A stretch of DNA of 64,000 bases from Blastocladiella emersonii ATCC 22665 (lineage: Eukaryota > Fungi > Blastocladiomycota): assembly GCA_025594325.1 (NCBI GenBank), contig JANHCV010000002.1, positions 2,604,001 to 2,668,000 on the forward strand. Reading direction: 5' to 3'. Shown here in pieces: positions 55,380 through 64,000 of this stretch; position 1 is the stretch's first letter, and each line of letters begins with the position of its first letter. A model generated the notes under the pieces. The model was not told where the DNA came from. It did not search any database and saw only the letters and a list, made by a program, of their open reading frames with translations. Made by a program: the position numbers and the translations under genes.

Positions 55380-58263
55380 TTAGGAAGCGTGCAGGTGCTG
55401 CTGCTGCTGCCGGTCGACCTCGGCCACGAGCACGGCCACGACCTGCGGAACAGGCTCGCCCGCGAACAGCGACCGGACCGCGTCGGGCGCAACGGCGCAC
55501 AGCTTGGCCGCCACCGTGAGCCGCACCGAGCCGTCACACCAGCACGCCGGAGCGGCCGGCCCGACGACGCCCGCGCCGCCGTCTTTGGACTCGCCTTCGG
55601 CGGCCACGTCGACGACACGCGGCGCGTGGCCGTACTCGTTGCGCACGTCGTAACCGTCGTGGTCGTGGTACGTGGCCGCCGCGCGACCGACCGCCGCCGC
55701 GACCGCGTCCGCCGACAGGAACTGCTGCTGGTGGTTCCGGTCGAGCACGAGGAAGTACTGCTTGACGGCCTCGGCCGCGCCCGCCGTCCAGAACTGCGGC
55801 GACGCGACAGTCTCGCGGAACGCCGACAGCAGGATCTCGAGCGCGTGACGGCACACGCGCTGCTCCTGGACCGGGCATGCCGGCTCGCGGCAGCAGCCGC
55901 CGTTCGGCAGCGTCTTGTGTCTGGCCTCGAACCGCGGCAGCGCCAGCAGGACGTGTCGGTACACGCGTTCGCGATCGTCGCCGTCCTCGGACCCGCCACC
56001 GACGCCGCCTGCGGCAGCACACACGGCCTCGAGCGTGCCCGATATCAGCACGCCGGCACTCCCACTCGCCGTGATCAGGTCGAGAAGACGCGACCGGATA
56101 CCCGGCGGCGCTGTTCCGAGCGCAGCAATCGTCTGGATCGCGACGGCCGGGTCGCCCAGCGTGGACACGAGGCGGTCGCGGACCGCAGCTGCGGCCGCCG
56201 GCAGCTTGGCGAGCAGGCGCAGCGTAACCGCGATCTCGTCCCACGGTGCCACGAGGCCCCTCGCCACCGCCGCGAGGAGGTACGCGAGCGAGCCGACGAC
56301 AGGTCCATGGCCGCCGCGCGCGGGCTGCTGTTGCTGCGGCAGCGCCGCCTGGCGCTCCAGTTGCTGGACGAGCTCCTGCTCCGAACCCGCGAAGCCGCAC
56401 GCGTCGACGACGACCGACCCGAGGAAGTGCTCGTTGTCCGGGACCACCTTGCGCGCGAACTGGACCACGACGCGCAGGTCCTGCGGCGCACCCGCGGACA
56501 CGAGCGCGGCCAGGAAAATCACTACATGCAGCGACGAGCGGTCAGTCAGTATTTTCCGCACGGAGGTGGGCGTGAGTGGAGGGCGAGCAGCACGAACCGT
56601 TGCCAATCACCTTGGCATCCACTGGCCATGCCGACGACACCGGGTACTCCTCGAGCGGGATCTTCTTGAGCGCCTTCTGGATCCTCGACAGCGTACCCCG
56701 GACGAGGTGGTGCGTGATGAGCACGGCCCACGAGCGGGGCCCGAACACGACGTCGCGCGTGCGGACGTGCCCGCTCGACAGGAGGAGGGCGAACGGCGCA
56801 TGGTGGGCGATGGCGAAGTCGAGACGGTGGCGCTGGTTGGGGCTCGCGGTGGCCCAGCCGTACCGACCAATGATGTCCAGGGCCTTGGCGAAGGTGCTCA
56901 TGCCGACGTTGGGCATGGCCAGCTTGAGCGACGCCGAGCTGGATTCCGATGCCGCGGCCGTGATGTCGGCGATGAGCTGCTGGAACACGGGCTCGCGCAA
57001 CAGCGTGCCCTGGACGAGTCCGCGGGCGTCAGCCCTGCGGCACTGCTCGCGGCGGGCGCGCGACGGCTCGTCGTCACCTGGGTGCGGCTCGATGAGCTGG
57101 CTGAGCGCCGGCACGTTCCACCACAGACCAGCGAGGCCCGTGAGGAAGTGGAACCCGGGGTGCTCCGTGTCGCCGTTGCCGATGAGGGCCGAGATGCGGT
57201 TGCCGAGGTCGCTGCCGCTGAACCTGACCAGGTCGCGCCAATCGGAGCCCGGAACCGCGACGTCGGTCGACAGCAGCCACGACGCGGCGCCATCGGACAC
57301 GGCGAGGAGCTCGGCCAGGATGGCCTCGTGCGCCGTGAGCGTCCCGACCTTGGGCATGGTCTGGCCAGTCGCCGTTGCGGCCTGGATCGCGAACCCGCCC
57401 GTGGTCGCGAGAATCGCGAGCTGGATGTGCGTGACCAGCGCGACGGCGACGAGCTGCGGACCGAGGTCCTCGTCGACGTCGACATCGACGTCGCCCGTGG
57501 TCTCGGCAGCGGGAGCGACAGCGACAGCCTCGAGCAGGTCCGTGTGCGCGTTCGGAACCGAAACCGACCCGGCGTGGTGAGCTTGGTCGCCGTCACCCAC
57601 ACGATGACGAAGTGCCGTGTGCGCAATATGGACGCCACGGGGCACGCCGCGCGCCTCGTCCGCGTCCGCCTCCACGGCGCCCTCCTCGCCGGCGGCCGCA
57701 GCCGCAGTGGTGCCCGCGAAACCGGGCGAGCGAAACACCACCGCGGCCCACTGGGCTGCCAGCGTGGCGAAGCGCAGGTTCTCGGCCTGGCGCACGGCCG
57801 AAGGCGTGTTGGCGGCGTGGGTCTCGGCGTGCATGCCGCGCAGGTACGCCCGCACGCTCGCGGCGGCGGTGCGGACACTCGCGGCGGTCCGAGGTGGGGC
57901 GGAGGACGCGAGGGACGCGAGCGGCGGCGTCGAGACGGGGAGCGAAGAGGCAGTGGACAGGTCGGCGCCGAGGACGTTGGCCGACAGGGCGATCAGGATC
58001 AAGAGGGCCTCGATCGGCACGTTGGCTGACCACGACGGGGACGGCCGGACTGGCTGCGACTGCGGCTGCGGCTGCGGCGCGGGCGGAGTGGGGGCGGGAG
58101 GGTGGGTGGAGGACAGGTCGGGCAGGCCGGTGATGAGCTCGGCCGAGTCCGAGTTGGTCAGCGCCTGCCACGGGTCGGACGACGCGGCCACCTTGCCGCC
58201 CTTGCCGCGCTTGGCGCGCTTGTTGGGACGCCGCGGCGGCGACTGCATGAGCGGGCGGTCCAT
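55380..58263 (-). CDS. Paralogue A' (mirror copy of A)
   Basis: Translations identical to 35238-38121. Confidence 0.7.
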
Positions 58264-59215
58264 GGTGGTGTGCGGGATCTGCGACTGCGAGAAGGGTTGG
58301 TCGATGGCCTGGACGCGTGCGCGCCTGTGATGTCGCGGGTGATGGGTCAGCGATCCATCGCGGCGGCCCGAGAGCGCAAGTGTTCGTACCGTAGAAGGTC
58401 GGGAACGAGTCCGGGTGCCGTTGTCGAAGCCCGATCACACATGTGTGCGCGCCTACAAGTCGCGGGCAACGACGGCGGGTCAGCGATGTGTTCTCAGGCG
58501 GGATCGCGGCTGCGGACGGGCCCGTACAGCAGCAGGTCGGAGTCGAGTGCGGGTGCAGGATGCGTGTGTCTCGCCGTCAAGAGGACGTCGTACGAGAGAT
58601 CTCGGGCGGTGGAGAGAGAGGACCGGTCCACCCGAGAAAGTCGCGGCGGCGAGGGACCGCCGGGAGGGCCGATGGGCGCACCCACCGCGCGCGCTCGCGG
58701 TCACGGCGTGGGATCCCGAGGTGGGAGACGGCGGAACCCGGTCGGACCGCGCCGCCGAACCTCGACCATCGATCGCCGTGACCGTGCCGGTGTGGTGGCG
58801 CAGCGCGGCGGGAACCGCAACCGAGCTTCAGGTGGTCGGTTCGTGGTTGCGTTGTGATAGGCGTTGGGTAGCTTATGGCTGCTCCCGGTCGATGTGGTCG
58901 GGACGAAGCGGAGCGGCGGTGGCCTCGAGCTCGAGTGAAGGAGTGGCGCTCGCAGAAGGGTCGCGTCGGCGAGCAGCGCCACCCTCACACGTTTGAACAA
59001 CGCGTCCTGACCGTCGACAAATTCCGCCCGCCGCCGGCTGGATCGCTGTCTTTTTCCTAGACACGAGCCTAGTCGTCCTTCCCTCGACCCAAGCCTCGCC
59101 GCTGCAACCTAGAGCTTGACGCCGATGTGCTCTCACTGACACCAGAGAAGCGCGATGGCAGGGGAGCAAACAGCTAGTCTATCGATCGATCCGACACCCG
59201 CTAGACTCACGCGCG

Positions 59216-60017
59216 TCAAGCAGAGCCTGAAGACTTGGGCCCGCTGTCCTCAACGGGCGGTAAGCCGCTGCGAGAGGACATGGCTCGTGCGGGCGACGCG
59301 TAGTATTTCACGGCGGCCGCACGAGCCATGCCTGGGCGCGGCGCACCGTGCATGAGCTTCAACGAGAAAAGAGTTCGCCTGGATGAGCGTGGATGTCTAG
59401 GCGGTAGCATATTCGTCCTAGTCGCTTTCGCTGTCGATGCCCTGGCCATCGTGTCCGAGTTATGAAAGTGGAAGCCAGTGTCGCCGTCACCGATGAGGGT
59501 TGAGAGGCTCTTGCCGATATCGCCGCCAAAGTTAATGAGATCGTGTCGGTCGGAGAATGGGAGCGACACGTTGGGAGCAAACCGTCGGCGCGAAACAACC
59601 CTATCAACTCGGCGGTCACACCGAGCATTTCTTTCTTGAAGGTCGCGAGGTGCGCCGTAACCGTCTCGGCCTTGGGCGTGGACTGGCCAGTCGCCGTCGC
59701 GACCTGCGCCGCAACCCCGCCGGTCAACGCGAAGATCACGAACTGGATGAACTTCTCCAGCGCAGCGGCGACAGCTGCTAACTGATATCCTCGTCGGCGT
59801 CTCCTGTAGATCCGGCAGCGACAGCGGCGAGCGTGCCCGCGGCCGGATGCAGTTGTGAGTACGGCTCCAGAATTAGAAGGCCGTAGTCGCCGTCACCCGC
59901 ATGCCGACGCAGTGCAGTGTACGCAATCATGGCGCCGCAGGGCACACTCGGAACCCATACTCGCGCCGCGCCGGAAGCGTGAGCGGCTGGCTGCGCGAGA
60001 CTGGCGGACGACGACAC
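59216..60017 (-). pseudogene. Decayed fourth paralogue (Z) of the A/B/C family
   Basis: VPCGAMIAYTALRRHAGDGD vs A VPRGVHIAHTALRHRVGDGD. TGGVAAQVATATGQSTPK vs TGGFAIQAATATGQTMPK. LIGDGDTGFHF vs LIGNGDTEHPGFHF. TAG replaces the Pro codon of DEDLGPQL, followed by a 1-nt deletion. Confidence 0.85.
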
Positions 60018-60276
60018 GACGCGACGCGATCCTCGCCGTGCCCGTTCAGAACGCGCTCAACTACGCCACGGTAGATACAAGAAGTGCTTCGGGCTCGAGA
60101 TGCATGGCAGGGAGTCGTGAGGAGAGCGAGCGTGACCCCAACGGGTCCGCGAAGAAGGCCCCAAAGCCGCGGCGAGTGGCATCACCGCGGTACGGAACGC
60201 GGCCGGCAGCGGGTCGGAGCAGCCCGACTTGGTCGCCTCGCCTCCCCTCCTCCTCTCTCTCTCTCTCCCGCGTGCA

Positions 60277-61591
60277 ATGAACGGCCCGCTGCAACGTATC
60301 ACCATGCTCTTCAGCGACTACGAGTGCATCTCGTCCTTTGTGGCCGCCGTGGCCGCGGCGCCCGTGTCGCTGCTCGTGCTCGGCGCGCTCGGCTCGCTCG
60401 TCGTCCTCAAGTACACGTTCAGCCTGCTTGGCCTCGCCTACAACCTGACGCTGCGCCGCGGGATCAGCGTACGTTGTCACGGTCGATCGCAACGACGACG
60501 ACGATGACTGACGCGGCTGCCGTGCACGCGTGTGTAGCTCAAGAAGTTTGGCGCCGGCACTGGTGCCTGGGCCAGTACGTCCTGCCGTTCCCGCATACGC
60601 CCTCGATCCAACCGCTGACCACGCGCTGCGCGCTCGGTGTAGTCATCACTGGCGCGTCGGACGGGATCGGCAAGGAGTTTGCGACGCAGCTGGCCAAGGC
60701 CAAGTTCAACGTGGTGCTCATGGCGCGCACCGAGTCCAAGCTGCAGAACCTGGCGGGCGAGATCCGCGAGGCGCACGGCGTCGAGACCAAGGTGATCCCG
60801 TTCGACTTTTCGACCACGGACTCGGCCGCGTACCAGCAGGTCGCCGCCCAGGTCGCTGGCCTCAACGTGACTGTCCTGAGTACGCTTGCAGACCCCCGCC
60901 AGCCTTACCGGCTAGTACTGACGCTCCTGCCGCGCGTAGTCAACAACGTCGGCACCAACCACGCGTTCCCGGTCCCGTTCCTCGAGGAGGAGGATGCCGT
61001 CATTGACCGCATCGTCGACGTCAACATCTCGTCCATCATGAAGCTCACCAAGGTGATTGCCCCCAAGCTCGTTGCCCAGTACGTTTCTCTCGCCGCTTCC
61101 TCCGCACACAACGCACCGACGACTCACCGCCGCCCCGCCACAACAGGAAGAAGGGTCTGATCCTCAACGTCGGCTCGTTCGCTGGGATCCTGCCGCAGCC
61201 GCTGCTGTCCGTGTACTCTGCGTCCAAGGCGTACCTGCTGACGTGGTCGCAGGCGCTGGGCAAGGAGCTGGAGCCGCACGGCGTGCACGTGCAGTGCCTG
61301 TCGACGTACTTTGTGGTGTCGGCCATGTCCAAGATCCGCAAGCCGACGGCGGCGATCCCGACGGCCAAGGCGTACGTGGCCAAGGTGCTCGGCAACATTG
61401 GCAACCCGGGCGGCGCCCCCACGCCCTTCACGTCGACCCCCTACCCGGTCCACGGCGTGCTCAACTGGGTCCTCGCCCACGTCGGCTCCCCTAAGTTCTG
61501 GCTCAACTACACGTACAAGACCCAGGTCGACATCCGCAAGCGCGCCCTGCGCAAGCAGCAGCGCGAGGCCGAGGCCAAGAAGGCCCAGTAA
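60277..61591 (+). CDS. IFA38: Very-long-chain 3-oxoacyl-CoA reductase (SDR; Ifa38/HSD17B12 family)
   Basis: N-terminal TM, LKKFG..W, VITGASDGIGKEFA, NNVG, ILNVGSFAG, catalytic YSASK, YFVVSAMSKIRK. Four short introns. Confidence 0.93.
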
Positions 61592-62169
61592 AGGTCGCGG
61601 CGGCGTGTGCGTGTATCCTCCCTCCCGGCAATACAACTGGCTGTACACTACTCCGCGCCGCGCTTGGCCGCTCGGCTGCTCGGCTGCTCGTGCTCGGTCG
61701 GCGAGTGCGTCATGAACGACGCGTCGCCCCAGGCGTCGCCCGTCATTCGAGTCCCACCCTCCCGCTCCCGCTCCCACAGCTCGCCGCCCACCTGCCATGA
61801 ACCGCCAGAATGAATCATTAACTCGGTGCATCGGCGCGGCACCGGATGTGCGCGACCACAGCGGACGCGCGCGCGCGTGTGTGCGGCCGTGTTTCATACG
61901 GCACACGCCATGAAGGCCGCGGGCGCGGCCCCACGCGGGCGCGGCAGGCCGGCCACCCGCTCGCCGTAACCGGTCCGGTCGCCCTTGGCGCCGGCGACTC
62001 GCGCGGCCGTCGATGACTGACTCGCTCTTCCGCGCTGTGCCGCCATCGAGTGGGTCATCGGCGCCGGGGCCGTGGTTGCGGGGTACAAGAACCCGGCGCG
62101 CCCCCGCCGTCCCTGGCCTGACTCGGCACACAATCCCATGTACTGCATGGACCATAGCGCATCATCATC

Positions 62170-64000
62170 ATGGCGCCCATGAAACCGTCCGCGTACCCGT
62201 GGCTCGCGCTGCGCCAAGCCGCGCGCCGCCGCGACCTCGCTCTCGCGCAGGCCAGCAGCTCGCCCATGATCATCACCAAGAAGCCGGCGCCGGCGCCGCG
62301 GCACCTCGCGCACCCGCAGTCGCTGCACCGCGTGCGTTCGTTGCCGCACCTGCGGTCCACGCTGCGCGCGTACTCGACCACAGCGGCGCGTCGGCGCGAC
62401 GGGTCGACGCTCTCGTCGTCAGTGCCGTCGCCGCACGCGTGGCTGTCGCAGCCGCGGTTCGTGCCGTGGCGGCCGGTGACGTCGGCGCTGCACCTGCGGC
62501 ACGCGCGGCACGAGCGCGCGGCGCTGGCGTCGGTGCTGAGCCTGCACTTTCGTCAGCCGGGGATCGTGTGCGCCGGGAAACCCATCGACCTCGAGATCGT
62601 GCGTGCGCTGCGGCAGCTCGGGTTCCCGCACGCGCACGCCGTCGTGTGGGAGTACAACCTCGACACGGTCAGCGCCGTGGTCGCGTTCCTGTCGGACCGG
62701 TCGTCGGCGCGCGCCGCCTACAACCTGCTGTCGCTCGGGTTGGTCGTCGCCGGGCTCGCCATCTCGTGGTACTACAGCGACCTCGCGCGCCGCCGCGACG
62801 AGGCCCGTCTGCAAGAGGAGCAGGAGCAGGAGGAGGCGCGTCGCACCGAAGAGGCACGCCGGCAGAGCTGGGAGGCCCTGTTCGATGTCGCCGTGACGCA
62901 GCCCGGCGCCAAGCCGTTCGCGATGCCCGCGGTCCGGTGCGACGACGCGCGCTCGCTCCGTGACGAGGTGGCCAAGATCATGGCTGTCGGCCACGAATCC
63001 GGGCTCACGTCGCCTTTCATCAACGTCATTGGTACGCTCTCCGTTATCAACTCTTTCAGCTGACGAGTAACTCACCTCTCCGACCCACTTGGTAGTTGGC
63101 CCGGCGGGTGCGGGCAAGTCGGTGATCCTGCAGGACCTGTACAACGAGCACCTGGCGCGGGTGCAGGCCGACCACGACGACGGGTTCGGCGACGGCAAGC
63201 GGTCCGTGTACTACGTGGACTTCAAGGACGCGTTCCGGACCAACTCCATGGACCGCGAGCACATCTCGGAGCGCTTCTTCGACTTTCTCGACTCGATCCA
63301 GGTGCGCGCCGCCGCGGCCGGCGAGCGCAACACGCTGTTCATCGACGGCGCCGACCTGCTGCCGCACGTGTTTGACGCCGAGCACCTCGCGCCGGTGCTG
63401 CGGCACATCCACGAGACGTCGAAATACGCGACCGTGTTCGTCGTGTACTCGTCGCACGCGGCGTACGCGCGCATGGTCGAGTCGCAGCCCGGGATCGAGT
63501 CGCAGCACCGCGTCCTGACCGTCGGCTACGTCCAGGACCGCGCCGCCCTCGCCCGGTACGTGGCCGCGCTGCGCGAGGCGAGCGGGTCCGATCAAGGCGC
63601 GTGGGACGTGCCTGACGCGGCCGTCGTGGACCTTCTCGGCGGCCAGTTCGACGACTACACGCGCGTCGTGAACACGCTGCGCGCCGCGGCGCCCGGCACG
63701 GGCGGGTCCACGACGCTGCGCGACACGCTGGCCGAGCTGGTCGCCGAGTCGCAGCTGCGCGCCGACACCGCGCTGGGCGTGTACGACGACCCGTCCTCCC
63801 CCGTCCCGGCGCTTGCCGGGTACTACCTCGCCGTGGCTGAGTCGCTCATCGCGCGCGACGCGCCGGGCGCGCACTTGCCGTCGCCCGCGGCGGTCCCGCT
63901 CCGCATCGCCCGCGCGCTGCTCGACCAGAACCTGTTTGCGCGCGGCGACCACGGCCCGCACTCGCTCGCCTTTGCGTACCCGCGCGACCGCGCCGTTGTC
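62170..64000 (+). CDS. Membrane-anchored P-loop (AAA+/STAND-like) ATPase, runs off the right edge
   Basis: Intron 63032-63095 joins INVI/VGPAGAGKSVIL (Walker A), then YYVDFKD and LFIDGAD (Walker B). Upstream TM LLSLGLVVAGLAISWYY and a short coiled coil. Confidence 0.75.

Larger units (their letters stand above)
47489..58854 (-). repeat. Right arm of giant inverted repeat (11,366 bp)
   Basis: Reverse complement of 34647-46012. Confidence 0.97.

Noticed and set aside
34647-58854. Arms as terminal inverted repeats of a giant transposon
   Set aside because: No transposase, recombinase or TSD seen; arms make up almost the whole structure and their ends grade into older homology.

Overview
GC-rich eukaryotic genomic DNA with many short (about 57-103 nt) GT-AG introns, mostly GTACG donors and CTGAC-type branch points. 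The gene content suggests a fungus, probably an early-diverging zoosporic lineage (inference only). Recognisable housekeeping genes: ING-family PHD protein, cyclic-nucleotide-gated channel, KAE1/OSGEP, OST subunit Swp1/ribophorin II, a WD40 protein, GLE1, very-long-chain 3-oxoacyl-CoA reductase and a P-loop ATPase running off the right edge. Two regions stand out. (1) 5.7-20.0 kb: a head-to-head pair of a bacterial RavA/MoxR-type AAA+ ATPase and a ~3,680-aa protein with more than 20 TRAF-type zinc fingers. Both end in mutually homologous ILEI/PANDER-like (GG-type lectin) domains, and the ATPase has a copia-Gag-like N-terminus. (2) 34.6-58.9 kb: a ~24-kb palindrome with 11,366-bp arms around a 1,476-bp spacer, carrying three tandem paralogues of an unrecognised protein family per arm, plus a decayed fourth paralogue outside the right arm. 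Smaller items: a MITE-like element, an F-box/RCC1-like gene with an in-frame TGA flanked by 36-bp direct repeats, a diverged ~1.33-kb tandem duplication and a glycine-free pore motif in the channel. All family assignments come from motif recognition by eye; no searches were run. No rRNA, tRNA or CRISPR array was seen.
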